Shown one piece after another: positions 42,219 to 55,174 of a stretch of 64,000 nt of DNA. The stretch lies in the NCBI GenBank assembly GCA_964016885.1, contig OZ024741.1:115010001-115074000 (forward strand), in the 5' to 3' direction. This DNA is from Eledone cirrhosa (taxonomy: Eukaryota). Every line of letters starts with the position of its first letter. Within the stretch, counting starts at the first letter, position 1. The position numbers were made by a program, and so were the translations under genes. A model generated the notes under the pieces. The model ran no database searches, was not told the DNA's origin, and worked only from the letters and a program-made list of their open reading frames with translations.

Positions 42219-42435
42219 AATTGGCGTGGGATGCTTAAAGCGTCCGTAAGCGGTTGGCCATTTGAGCACTCGATGCTCTTACAGAGCAGAGTATGATGTC
42301 TCATAAGAAAAGGAGAATGAGTTTGCGACGAATAAAATTTGTTAGACATATTACAATCGTTTCTCTGGCGACCAGCTCGAGGCACGATCGATGTAATGAT
42401 CGAACGTGACTGTGAAATCTGCTTCGTAGAATCGA

Positions 42436-42530
42436 GACGTATCTGAGGACCTTGCGATTTCAGAGTCAGGTTCGATCATTACATCGATCGAGCCTCGAGC
42501 TGGTTGCCAGAGAAACGGTTGTAATATGTC
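42436..42530 (+). ncRNA. Type I hammerhead ribozyme, 62-nt stem II
   Basis: GACGTAT-CTGAGGA-CCTTGCGA...TTGCCAGA-GAAA-CGGTTG-TA-ATATGTC. An inverted 3' arm lies at about 42300-42403. Confidence 0.78.
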
Positions 42531-42963
42531 TAATACATTTTATTCGTCGCAAACTGATTCTCCGTTTCTTATGTGATATATATATATATTGTGTTCCGAA
42601 GAGATTATTTTTGTAAAAACAGGAGCAAGCAGGAGAAAGCTCTCAACAAACGCAGTTTTAAGCTACGATGGAGATTTTTATAAAAATAACAAAATAATAT
42701 GTTGATGTTACATAAATCGTTTAATCATTATAATTATTTCCACGGCTCTCCATGCAATCGAGAAGTCCTTCATGCATTTGTTGTTGTTATGAGAACGGTA
42801 TCCTCAGATGAAAACCGATTTATTGATATGCTGCCGACAGGAAAAACACATGTCCTTCTGCTCGTGTGCCCGGCATACATAAGTATGCATACATAAGTAT
42901 GCCGGACACACGAGCAGAAGGACGAAGCAGATTTTCCCAGGAAAATCTGCTTCGTAGAATCAA

Positions 42964-43052
42964 GATGTATTTGAGGACCTTGCGATTTTCAGAGACAGGT
43001 TCGATCATCACATCGATCGAGCTGGTCGCCAGAGAAACGATTGTAATATGTC
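42964..43052 (+). ncRNA. Second copy of the 42436 hammerhead (C3U)
   Basis: GATGTAT-TTGAGGA-CCTTGCGA...TCGCCAGA-GAAA-CGATTG-TA-ATATGTC, preceded by two fold-back hairpins at 42852-42955. Confidence 0.65.
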
Positions 43053-43079
43053 CAATACACACTGATTCTCTTTTTTTCT

Positions 43080-43140
<61 letters not shown>

Positions 43141-43196
43141 TACATATAAAATATATACATATAAAATATATACATATATAAAAAAATATATATAAA

Positions 43197-43376
43197 AGTC
43201 CATCACAGCGTTATACCTCCAGTTATTGCTCGTACTCCTTCTCAGCTCAGTATAGTGGAGCAACGTGATATGAAGTGTTTTGCTCAGGAACATAACATAC
43301 AACCCAGTGGTGTAGAAATCGAATCCCCGATGTTATGATCGTAAAACCAACACTCTTACCAGTAAGCCTCGCGGCT
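43197..43376 (-). mobile_element. SINE family 2, tRNA head and core
   Basis: GGATTCGATT B-box followed by GTTCCTGAGCAAAACACTT. Confidence 0.7.
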
Positions 43377-44497
43377 CTACTCTGTGAGTATGGCGGCTTG
43401 TATTTATTTGACAATTTAAAATAGAGATACAAATGTTGCGTCACATAGCTGTATGGAGTTGATTGGCTTGCAGTCTACCTTCATATGAATGTTTATAGTT
43501 TAGACAACAAAATAAAACAACCATAGTATATAGAAGTCAAAAGCTATTGTGGGAGACACCATGTTAAAACTTTAATAAGTTGTGAAAAAGAAAATCACGA
43601 ATACAGTAACAACTTCATTCAGCATAGAACTATGAAATTGTTTGACGCTCTTATAGTATAAGTATAGCATCTAGTTTAGTTAGTAATTTCCTATCTTTGA
43701 TAAACGACAATGGCATTTCCGTGCCATACATAAATAGTAATGTATTTCATTAGAAAAAGAATTATATCACCAATATACAACTAAAACCAAATTCAAATAA
43801 CTTGAATCCAGATTCTATTGACGCTCCAAGACATTTCTGCTCTTATATTACGATTGAAAAGCTTTTAGTGGCAATTGTTTTTGACGGGTTTATTGTTAAT
43901 GATAATTATTGGAACGCTGTTCATAAAGTATAACCATGAAACTTTTGCATTTTGCCAATGACGTCAATTTTCTTTTAGCAATCATAAAGTTTTGTGGTTT
44001 TAGTGTATGGCGTTAATCTGCTGCCATTTTGTACTTGTCTGTTTTTAGGTTTGCGTTATATTTTGCTATTAATGTAGCCTCAACGAACCATCTCCTTTGA
44101 AGTGTATGCTACAGATAGATGTGTTAGCAGCTAATCTTTCATTCCAGTTTTCTCTAATGTTCTTCAAAATAGTTGTAATCTCTACAAAAAGTAAATAAAA
44201 ATAAAATAAGAGAGCGGTGTAATTTGTTTGAATCATTGTGAAAAGTGCAGAAAATAGAATGTTCTTAAGCTACACCATAGTAAATATAATATTGAATGTT
44301 AAAAATATCGTTAACTCCTCTTTTTAAGAAGGGGTTTTATTCTGAAATATTACAAACTGATTAAATACCTCCTAGTTAACATTCGAACAAGTTTATTATA
44401 TTTATGTTTCACATTTAATGTCTTCTTTCTATTGCTGTAAAAATCACTAGTTTTTACGAACGTAGTTGCCTAGCGGTCCCTTTTTATCTTTCATTCA

Positions 44498-44532
<35 letters not shown>

Positions 44533-44635
44533 CTATGTTTACTCTGAAGAGTAATTTATATTGATTACTCTCTCATCCCGCGTTCAATCGGGGGTAACCA
44601 CAGTAAGTTTGGTACTCAATACATAGCAGAGTATA

Positions 44636-45205
44636 AATATTTAATATAGAAATTGCCTCTACAGAATTAGAACTGTTTCATTCGGGAGAAATCAGCAGGA
44701 AGCCAACTGTCTAAGTAATATGGTGGTATTTATACCTTTTCTGGTGGTAGGAGAGGGTGGGGATTGGGATAGGTGGAGGTCATTGGTTGATGGATTTAAG
44801 GAAAAGGGAATTCCTTAAAAACTATATTTAGAGTAACAATGGCAGAAATAATTCAAGCTAAGTCTCTGTTGACAGGTTCACACTGGGGTTTAGGGGACTC
44901 CTGATTTTTAAGGTTCATTTAAGCTAATAATGAATAGCCATTGTTAGCCTAAATGAACCTTAAAAATCAGGAGTATCCCATCCACCCAGTGTGAACCTGT
45001 CAACAGAGACATAGCTTGAATTCTCTTTGCTTTTGTTATTCTAAATATAGTTTTCAAAGACTTCCACCCATACCAATCCCCACTCTCTCCTACCTCCAGA
45101 AAAGGTATAAATACCACCATATTACTTGGACAGTCGGCGTCTTGGTGATTTCTCCCGAATAAAAGAGTTCTAGCCCTGTAGAAGCTATTTCTATATTAAA
45201 TATAT
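44636..45205. repeat. Large imperfect inverted repeat (arms about 44636-44926 and 44945-45205)
   Basis: CTCTGTTGACAGGTTCACACTGGG versus CCCAGTGTGAACCTGTCAACAGAG, and other matching blocks. Confidence 0.85.
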
Positions 45206-45391
45206 ATATAGAGATATATATGAAAGAGTCGGGACCCCGACGGCTGAGCTCTTGCCGTTTCAACAGCAGTTCCAAACGGCAAGAGCACAGCCGACTCTTT
45301 CATATAAACTTACTCTACTACCGAAGTATAGAGTACTCTGGTGAGTAATGGTCTAACCAGTTTCTAACTGAATCCATCTTGATATATACAT

Positions 45392-45452
<61 letters not shown>

Positions 45453-45684
45453 GATAAATCTACCAAGAGTTTTCTAACACATATATATCCTAGAAACGAT
45501 CGTTAAATAATGAACTTTTTTTGTTTAATATAAGGAACTGTTTCATTGTTTTATTCATTATTTGTTTAATATTTTATATATATATATATATATTGTAAGT
45601 ATAGTGTGTATGCATGTGTGTCCGGTGGCGTGTGTGTGTTTGTGCCATGTTGTGAGTGAATGTAATCGCATGGATATGACTACA

Positions 45685-46100
45685 CGTATTCAGATTGTGA
45701 TCACCGTTCTTCCCAATCACTCCTTTCCATGACAGACGGTTAGTACTAAAATGTACATTGAGGTCTCCCATTAGGATATATGAGTCAGTCTTAACTACAT
45801 TTAACGCTGAAGAGATTTGACCAAGGAAGGGTCTTATTCGACCTCTCTGTTTGGTGCATAAACTTGCATCACCCACAGAGACCTTTTCTTCGGTGAAAGT
45901 TTCAAGAGGCAAATCCTTCCTCTCAATGGGATCCAGTCCATAACACAATCCGACAGTCGGCGACTTGTGAGTATCCTTACTCCCGTTTGTGCAGTCATTT
46001 CTGACACTGCAATTGAATAGTAGATTTTCCATCCTCCATTCAAATCTGCAGTACTGGAACCATGGAGCTTTGTTGAGCAAACTCTGACTATATATAGCCG
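45685..46100 (-). pseudogene. APE endonuclease fragment of an RTE-like LINE
   Basis: WKIYYS..GVRIL..RICLLKL..QVYAPN..ILMGDLNVH..GVIGKNG. Confidence 0.8.
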
Positions 46101-46149
46101 GTAGCATGTGGCCTCCTTCACGAGTTCCTTCTCCTCGCCTGTAAGTGCT

Positions 46150-46330
46150 ACACAACAGGAATGAAAATCAGTGCTGCGAAAACTGAGACACTTGTCCTCT
46201 CAACGACGCCTGCACACCGCATTTTACATCTCAATGGAGTTCCACTGAAGCAGGCGGAGATCGGCGAGTTGCTTCAGGTAGAGTCATTACTTCTCCGAAT
46301 CAAGAGACCACAGCACCGATGTTACTGTAG
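46150..46330 (+). pseudogene. RT C-terminal fragments of an RTE-like LINE
   Basis: GMKISAAKTETLVL..LQVESLLLRIKRPQ. Confidence 0.6.
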
Positions 46331-47919
46331 AAGGCCTGTTTAAGGACTCTACACTCACAACACGGGGATAAGTGGGCAAAGAAGAAGAAGAAGAAGAAGA
46401 TGATGATGATGAAGTAGAAGTAGTAGTAGTAGTAGTAGTAGTCGTAGTAGTAGTAGTAGAAGTAGAAGATTCCATTGTGTCCCACCTAAATATATAATCA
46501 TATCCACTACCCCCTCCCAAACACACACATACAGAGAGAGAGAGTGAGAGAGAGAGGGAGAGAGAGAGAGAGAGGGAGAGAGAGAGAGAGGGAGAGAGAG
46601 AGTCACAAACTAAATTTATTCCTTATTGCCACGAATTTTTAGTTACACGACGATACGAACAGCGAAATACAAAAAAAATAATTCTTTGTTTTGTCTGTGT
46701 TTAAATTTTATTTTCGATTTCTAAATGAATTATCAAATACCTCTATATATGTTACATTCTCTCTTTCTGCCTGTGCTTATATTTTTTGCTTATATTTTTT
46801 GATCACATCCCTACATCCGAATTGAACCATTTTTTTTTCTTGTAGAAGAACGAACGGTGAATCACGAAACGTCATATTCCAGTTCTCCGCACGACATGCG
46901 AAGTCATCTCCAAACTCATGAACTATATATTACTCTATGCTATAGAGAACTTTCAAAAGCTTAAAATGCTAAGCATAATTATTTACTTTCCTGTAAGTGT
47001 GTAGTGTATGTGTGTGTATGTATGTGTGTGTGAGTTTGTGTGTGTGTGTATGTATGTGTGTAAGTGTGATATGTCTAAGTGTATATGTGTTTGTGTGTAA
47101 GTGTGTCTTTTTGCCTGTGTGGTATGTGTTAGTGTATATGTGTTTGTGGGTATGCATGTAGACATGTGTATGTGTGTGCGGATACGCGTGTGTAGTGTGT
47201 GAGTGTGTGTGTCTGGTGAATGTGTGTATATGTGTGAATGTGTATGTCTGGTGCATATGTATGTATGTGTGCGTGTATTCGTGTGTTCATATGTATGTGG
47301 TGTGTGTATGTGTATATGTATATGTGTACGTGTGTGAGAAGGATACGTTTCTATGTGCGTATGCACATTTGTGGGTGTATGTATGTAGGTATATGTGTCT
47401 ATAAGGGGGAGGGAAGATATGCGTGTATGTGTGTATGATTTCTGAGTGTTTATGTGAGTGTGTATGGCTGTGTGTGTGAGTGGTGAGTGTGAGTGTGGGT
47501 GGGCGCACTTTGCGGATGTATGTGTACGTGTATGTGTGTAGGTGTGTGTTGACGGTCCATTATCGGTGTGATACCTAGTCTATTCACACCAACATAATTC
47601 TGTTTCAAAACAGTTCACACGACTATTTTTTTCTTCACTTACAAAATAAGAAGAATTATTGACTAGCGAGACCTGGATTAAGGCAAAACAAAACAAAAAA
47701 TCAATACTATATGACACAGAGTATCGATTTCCTTTGCTGAATGCAATTATTCCAGAGATAAAGAATCTGAAGTTATATGACTTGACTTTAGAAACATTTC
47801 TTAACGTGATATAAATGGCTGCTTCACGTCTTTGAAATCTTGATCTTAAAACAAACAAACAAACAAATTGTAGTTTGTCTGTATACTAAATAACCGATAT
47901 GTATAAATAAAATGCCGTT

Positions 47920-48348
47920 TTCTTCTTCTTCTTCTTCTTCTTGGGAGGGTCGTGATGGCGGACAACACAACCATACATTTCGGCGGGGACTGTCAGAAGT
48001 AACCGTCTCCAATTGATCTGGCTAGATCCTCAAACAAGACCAGCCTAACTCATCGATGTTCTCCAACCATCTTGCTCGGGTCCTCATTAGGCATCTTGCC
48101 GGTTGGTTTAGCCCGTAAAATCTGTCCAGTGATTCTTTCTCAGATGTCTGTAGCAGCGGAGCTGTAATCTCTCAATTCGAAGAAGTAGTGCCTCTAACTG
48201 GAGCGACTCTCTGTTCTCCGAGCTACGCACTCTATCGAGAAACGTTACCCAGAAGTCCCTTCGGAGTAACCCCATTTTAGCCGCTTGTGTTCGCGACCGT
48301 ATTTTTTCGGTCATTGCCTAAGATTCATAACCATACAAGGGCAGTGGA
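47920..48348 (-). mobile_element. RTE-like LINE 3' end with (GAA)n tail
   Basis: LYGYES..QAAKMGLLRR..DRVRSSENRESLQLEALLLRIERLQLRCYRHL. Confidence 0.78.
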
Positions 48349-48749
48349 ACTAGAGGAACAATAATTATATTTTCTCCCTAAACTACAAAAAACAAAAAAA
48401 ACACATCTACTTGTATATGCGCAACAGTTTATGTACATGTTATGTTTATCGCATATCAAATTTTTTTTTATATCTTGGTTGATATTTGATAATAACAGTG
48501 TAATATATTATGTCACCCATCATAATACATTTTTTTGCCATGTCATAACTTTATCATAATTTTTCTCCACATATCACTGCTAGTTTGTGTATTCAGATAC
48601 AGATTTCATAAGTCATCTTGCTATAATCACTTTATAGTTATTGAAAGCTGTAAATGTAATATGACCTGCTTGGACTCAAACCGCACTTTCTGACACTTTT
48701 AGAGTGCAAGTACCTAAACTAATCACTGCAACTAAATTGATCAAATTTC

Positions 48750-48787
<38 letters not shown>

Positions 48788-49319
48788 GCGTATATACAAG
48801 AGATGTAGGTTTTGGTAGTTTGGCGAAATATATATAAGTGACCCCCCCCCCCCCAGTTCCACTGCCCCTGCTCTCTCTCTCCCCTCTTTCTCTCTCTCTA
48901 TATATATGTATATATATATTTCCCCAAACTACCAAAACCTACATCGCTTGTATATACGCTACGATTTATGTACATGGTATGTTTATCACATATCGAAGTA
49001 TTTTTATATCTTGGTTTATATTTGATAATATAACAACTAAACTAATCACTACAACTAATTTGAACAAATTTGTCCCAACCCCAATTCACAAATGCTTTCA
49101 CCGGCCCTGGGGGGTTAGTCCACAGTAAATTACCGATCTATAGTTGAGAAGTTATATATATATATAAATTGTCTTGCTCAAGGAAACAACACATCAACCG
49201 GTCCGACAATTGAACTCACAACCTTTCGATTGCAAGCCCAATGTTCTAACCACTAACCCATGCGCCTTCATATATATATATATATATATATTATATAAAT
49301 ATATATATATATATATATA

Positions 49320-51856
49320 CCCACGTCCACTTCTTAGACATCTCCGTCGCCTTCGACCCCTCCGACCACTCCCTTGTCACCTCCCCCTTCTTCAAACCCA
49401 CCGACTCCCACTCTTACCTCGAGTTCATCTCTTCCCACCCCACCCACACTAAACACTCCATTCCCTACTCCCAACTTCTCAGGATCCGCCGCCTCTGTAG
49501 CCGAGATGCTGACTTCGAGTCCCAGACCCTTTCCCTAGTCAGCCATTTCATCCGCAGAGGTTACCCCCCTCTCTCGTCCACACCGCTCTCACCCGCGCCC
49601 GTGCTGTTCCCCGCTCCACCACCCTCACCCCACGCCACCACACACCCACCCACCGTCTCCCCTTCCCCATCACCTACCACCCCTCCACCTTACCCCTCCA
49701 CCGCACCATCCGCCGCCTCTTCCGACGCCTCCAGTCCGACCCCTCCACCTCCCACATCTTCCCAACCCCACCACTCCCCTCCTTCAAACGCGCACGCAAT
49801 CTCCGCACCCTCCTCGTCCACAGCTCCCTACCCCCCAACCCACGCTCTGTTCCCCCCACCGGTTCCTTTCTCTGTTCTAGGCCCCGCTGCAACACCTGTC
49901 CCCACATCACCAACACCACCACCTTCCAGGCTCCCAACGGCCACTCTCTCTCTGTCCGGCATGCCTTCCGCTGCACCTCCTCCAACCTAGTCTACGGAAT
50001 ACGACTTATGTCGGACAGACGGGACGTCGCCTGGCGGACCGATTCACTGAGCACCTCCGGGATATTCGTCTCGGGGGTAGTTCCCCCATCGCCCGCCACT
50101 TTGGTGGCCCTGGACATTCCGCACGTCATCTCACAGTCTGTGGGCTACTCCAATGCCACGGAACACCCGCCAATCGCCTTAGAGTCGAACAAAGAACTAT
50201 CTTCATCTTACAGACCCACACTCCCCCCGGCCTGAACTCCCCACCCTTATTCCTTTAGCCTTCGACCGCCCCCTCCCCCCACACTTATCCCCCACTAACA
50301 CCACTAACACACCCCTCTTTTTCACCGCCCACCCCACAACTCACAATACTAACATCTCCACTCCACCCCTCATCCGACCACCCTTCCCCAACTAACATAC
50401 TAACATCCCTTCCCTCCCCTCTTCTCCTCCTCCCCCCTCCTTATCACACGCACACACCCACCGGCACATATATACACGCGCTCACACTAAACACACACCC
50501 TACTACCACCACTAACCCTCACCCCCATACCTCCATCCCACCACCCCGCAATTAACCTCAATAACACCCCCTGACCCCAAGCACACTAACACACGCACCC
50601 ACTTACACCACCAACCCCACACGCAACTAACATCACTAACACCCCCCAACCCCACGCACACGTACCCACACACCCTCGTACACCACCAACTCTACACACC
50701 CTACCACCACTAACCCCCACTCACACCTGCATTCAACCCTTCCCCACCTCCCGTATACTAACACCCACTAACACCCCTTCATCAAACTACACACACACCA
50801 GTACACCACACTCCCTCCATAGAACTACACACACCTTTCTCTCCCCGCTCCACCCACACCCACGCTTCACACTCACTCATCCCAGTAACACCTCTACTAA
50901 TACACACACACACACCCTCCTCACTCCAACTTTCACACCTACCCATCCTCGTCCCTTTACCATTCCACCGACTGCTGCTATGTCCCCTGACCACCTCCCA
51001 GCACAAACAGACACACAGCACTCCCACTGCTTGACCACTTCCTGTTGCGCGCGCACCCCACATCTCTCCTCTTCCGACCATCGCTTCATGGAATACTCGT
51101 ATGTGGAACTTGACCACCACAGAATCCACTAAACATCATAGGATTTTACCAACTTTTCAACCATCCTCTTACGTAATCACTTATACAACTCACCCACACA
51201 CACACCCCCCAAACATTTTTTCTCCACACGCCACCTACACCCACAACACGTTTAAACCCCCCACACACACGTGCTTTCCACCACATATTTACACCCTCAG
51301 CCTCCTGATTCCTCTCCCCCTACCCCTCTATCCACACACGCACAGACACTCCGACCTACAACCCTCCCCACACCTCTTCCTGAACATGCAACCCCGTTCT
51401 TCCCCAACCCTTACTTTCAAATACACACACACACACGTACACCTACACACACACACCACTTTCAGCCCTCCCCGCTCGGACACCCCGTCTCTCTCTCCCC
51501 ACTCCACCCGCCACCACCCCTACACACCCACACCATTCCAGCACCTGTTTTACCCCCCTTTTAATTTCAGTTTATTTTGATCATGCTTTTATATTTAATT
51601 TTATTTCATTCCTTGTATTTTGATCATGCTTTATTTTTATTTTTATTTTTAATTTCATTCGCACCGTTTCCTTTCGCTATATGTCTCTCCACCACTCCCC
51701 AACACACCCTTTGAACTCTGTTCCCACACACTTCTCACCCAAGGAAGGGCTTATGCCCGAAACGTCGTTCCCCACCAACACCCCACTCTCCAGAGCGTGA
51801 AATTAATAAACATTCGTTGTACTGCCTCTCTGTTTTGTTCCTGTTCAAATTTTTCC

Positions 51857-51858
<2 letters not shown>
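49320..51858 (+). mobile_element. C-rich 5'-truncated Penelope-like element (Neptune-like)
   Basis: No-ATG frames SIPYSQLLRIRRLCS..RGYP, TYHP..SFKRARNLRTLLV..CSRPRCNTC..CTSSNLVY, YVGQTGRRLADRFTEH..PIARHF..PPGLN. The 3' end carries GGAAGGGCTTATGCCCGAAACGTCG (decayed HHR) and AATAAA. Flanked by (TA)n. Confidence 0.9.
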
Positions 51859-51931
<73 letters not shown>

Positions 51932-51932
<1 letters not shown>

Positions 51933-52547
51933 AACAATTAAGTCAAAATTACATCTACATATGCATACTGAAATACTAGTGTGTATATGTAGATGTAATT
52001 TTGACTTAATTGTTTAAGCGTCAGTCATACAGGGGTGAGTTACAAGCGAAACGAAATTTAGTTTCGTTCCGTCATTTGTTTTTGTCGTCTCCGCTGAACC
52101 GGTGCGTACTCACACTCTATGCAAATTGATCTGCCCACTACTAATTTTCATAGAAGAGGCATATAACGATATGTGCTTTTACAATTCTCCGGAAAGGCCG
52201 GTAGATGGGTAAATATTGCTGATGAGTTGTAACAACAACGAAACTAGTTCAATATTCCTTGTCTGGCTTTCTGGAGAATAGAGGGAAGGTGTTCCCTCAA
52301 AAACCAGTATGACTCTAAAAACCGGTTTGTCTGTGTGTTTACATACAGAATAGCTGGGTGCTCACAGTAAAGCAACCAGTGAAAGACTTGTTACATATAC
52401 ATATGTATACGTGTGTGTATTCATATACACACTAGTATTTCAGTATGCATATGTAGATGTAATTTTGACTTAATTGTTTAAGCGTCAGTCATACAGGGGT
52501 GAGTTACAAGCGAAACGAAATTTAGTTTCGTTTCGTCATTTGTTTTT
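51932..52547 (+). mobile_element. Non-coding 464-bp HHR unit with terminal redundancy and inverted 5' arm
   Basis: 51985-52083 repeats at 52449-52547. 51932-51987 is the reverse complement of about 52424-52479. Flanked by (TA)n. Confidence 0.87.
52212..52256 (+). ncRNA. Minimal type I hammerhead ribozyme, intact
   Basis: AATATTG-CTGATGA-GTTGT aaca ACAAC-GAAA-CTAG-TT-CAATATT. Confidence 0.92.
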
Positions 52548-52695
52548 ATATATATATATATATATATAAAATTAAGATAAATCAATTGAATTTAATCTAA
52601 ATCAAAATTATGGGTGTCATGCCAGAAAGACATGCGCCATATCACTCACAAAATAAGCTCTAAGATTCTAACGAGTAAGTCCGACCATTTTATAA

Positions 52696-52801
52696 TAACT
52701 AGAGATTGATTAACATATAAATAAACATGAATAATCACAGGAGAATAAAAATTATCGCCTGTGATTATTCATGTATATTTATATGTTAATCAATCTCTAG
52801 T

Positions 52802-52804
<3 letters not shown>
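52696..52804. repeat. Fold-back hairpin (~47-bp arms)
   Basis: ATAACTAGAGATTGATTAACATATAAATA..CACAGG versus CCTGTG..TAATCAATCTCTAGTTAT. Confidence 0.85.
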
Positions 52805-52867
<63 letters not shown>

Positions 52868-52889
52868 AATATATATATATTTTTTTGTC

Positions 52890-53305
52890 ATGCAGGATGT
52901 CCAAAACCTGTCAAAGGGCAAAGGAGTTCTTAAGAGTCAATGGCCATCCAAAATCACCGGGAGAGATGACCCCTTAGCCTTTCTCAAGGCAGAATTCTAG
53001 GAGAAGGAAAACTCTGATATAACACCTGCAACCCTGATGGTATCCAATGATGTTGACTTGTTCTTCTTTTTTGGTAAATATCATCTTGGTTAAGAGAGTG
53101 GGACTGGCTTTGTGCAGTGCCTTTGCTCACTATAAAAGTTTCACGGCACAGGCATTGCTTTATATCTGGAGATCTCTCTGCACTTGTCGTCACATGGTAC
53201 CATGGGCCCTGTCAATAATTGTCACAAGTGTAGTGTTTGTACCAGAGTTTTCAAGTCGCTGGCTGGACTAAAAAGCCACACTCGTTCAGCGCATCGGTAC
53301 TGGTT
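52890..53305 (+). pseudogene. RTE/BovB-type LINE 3' fragment with C2H2 finger
   Basis: HKCSVCTRVFKSLAGLKSHTRSAH at about 53223-53295. Confidence 0.6.
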
Positions 53306-53727
53306 CTCGAAAACAATCTCGTATTTAGTATTTTTCTCCACCTATTAAACTTTTCTATAGCTTAGCAATACCAATCAGAGATTTGGTGATCGTGGGGATG
53401 GAGTAGTAAACAGAAATTGTTTTTTATATATTTATTTCCTCATTTTTAAAATTTTTTTTTGTTTACTCCTTTTCAATTTACCTATTCTTTCAACTTCCCC
53501 CCTCCCCTTCGCCAGTACACTTTTTTCGACCTTCTATACACTATCCTTAGAATCTGCTGTATAGATTTCACTTTCAACGCTTGACTGGGTTTCCCCCACT
53601 CCCTCTTTGTTCTACCGGCAAGTTCAGCTACCCATACCTCCCACTAAATGCCATGATAGAGTCATCTGTCTTTACAACAAACTTTTGACCAATCCTTTTG
53701 ACAATTACTATCTTCCCATACATGGAA

Positions 53728-53827
53728 TAACCCCCTGAGAAGTTCGGCTATTTATTTACCAGACTAAAAATTCTTATTTAGTCCAGAATTAGCCATCGAA
53801 ACGGCTTGAGCTCTGCCGTCGGGGTCA
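53728..53827 (+). ncRNA. Hammerhead with full stem III and extended stem II, core altered (CTGAGAA)
   Basis: TAACCCC-CTGAGAA-GTTCGGCTA...TAGCCATC-GAAA-CGGC ttgagctct GCCG-TC-GGGGTCA. 3'-half relatives lie at 37003-37052 and 45233-45262 on the minus strand. Confidence 0.65.
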
Positions 53828-53977
53828 TACTTGTTCCTATTACCCACTCTACTACCCTAAGTATTGAGCACTTTGGTGCGTTATGGTCCATCTGGTTCCT
53901 TACCACATTTCCTTCGTTATATATATATATATAAGTTAAAACATTGAAATAAAAATTCAAGTCATTAGAAATATACT

Positions 53978-54121
53978 TCACTGCTTTACGATCGTTTCTA
54001 GGTGATGATATTACATCGTAACCATACTTCGTTATCGATCTATGTAAGATTAGTTACAAAATATCAGATAAGGAAAATATTTACTTACATGTATATCACC
54101 AGCTGTTGTCAAAAGCAATGA
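53978..54121 (-). ncRNA. Hammerhead, U3-A8 core, 107-nt stem II
   Basis: TCATTGCTT-TTGACAA-CAGCTGGTGATA...TATCATCACCTA-GAAA-CGATCG-TA-AAGCAGTGA. Confidence 0.75.
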
Positions 54122-55174
54122 GAATTTTATTCAAAATTAGTAGTAAATTAGTAGTAAATTGAGTTCTATGACCTTATTTGGAGGTAGCTGAAGAACAAAC
54201 CAATCAGATTGTTTTTTTCCCATATGATGTTAAGATGAAAAATAATTCACTTTAGTTCAGGTCATGACCCTTTGAAAGGAATAGTTGAATGGTGTTAACA
54301 ATAGAATTACTATAAAGAATCTATTAGGAAAAAGGGGATTGTCATATTCATAGTTGAATCTATATGGTATTGTGAAGTTTAAAAGGAATGTAAAAATTAA
54401 ATGTTGAGTTGTGTTGTATGGAGTTTTTAGGTGAATATAAATTAAGCGGAAAGAGAGTATATTAAAAGATGAAAATTATAATAAGATAATGATATATAGT
54501 AATACAATAATATAATATAATGTAACATAATATAGTACGGTGTCGTACATTGTACATATTATAATACAGCGTATGATATGTCTTAAAATACTTTCAAGTA
54601 TGTCCATGTATAAATAATCAAACTCAGATAAATGCATGTTGACATATAGTCAAAACGCATAAATTTCATAGATCACAAAGTGCATATACCCACATTATAG
54701 ATAGAGGTATAGTTATATTGATACTCAACTAAAAATATACATACACATAAATAGATGCAGACATATATATACATCTACATATGTGCACACAATCATATAC
54801 ATATATATTTATATATATATATATACATATACACATATATATGTATGTACACATATATATATGTATGTACACACACATACATGTACACACACACATAAAC
54901 ACTCATACACATATACACGCATATACATATATACACACACACATACATATATATATATATATTCCCATATCATACATACATAGATACATATTTACTCATG
55001 CAATTACGGATGGTTGTGAACCTTGTTGCCTTTAGTCATTAATGAATAAATCTAAGGAAGCTAAACAATTAAAAGGTAAGAAATAAGCAAGAATACGTAT
55101 AATTAGGGGAAAGGGATACTAACAAACGTTACGCTACATAGAATTATAGTGAGTTGCTATTTAGAATATTTAAT

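Noticed and set aside
42413-43085. 528-bp tandem unit between the two related hammerheads
   Set aside because: A TA run and separate fold-back junctions lie between them, so they are treated as two insertions.
44548-44640. CTGAAGA followed by a GAGTAAT/ATTACTC hairpin as a hammerhead
   Set aside because: There is no GAAA in a compatible position; at best it is a heavily decayed remnant.
44069-46922. Two phase-compatible candidate minus-strand exons (about 46742-46922 and 44069-44181, ending ...ICSIHFKGDGSLRLH*)
   Set aside because: The upstream acceptor is weak, the protein is unrecognisable, and no further compatible exon was found. RNA-seq would be needed.
49601-51580. Proline/histidine-rich ORFs in the track
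   Set aside because: They are off-frame or UTR translations of the C-rich PLE. The real frame is the ATG-less RT/GIY-YIG remnant.
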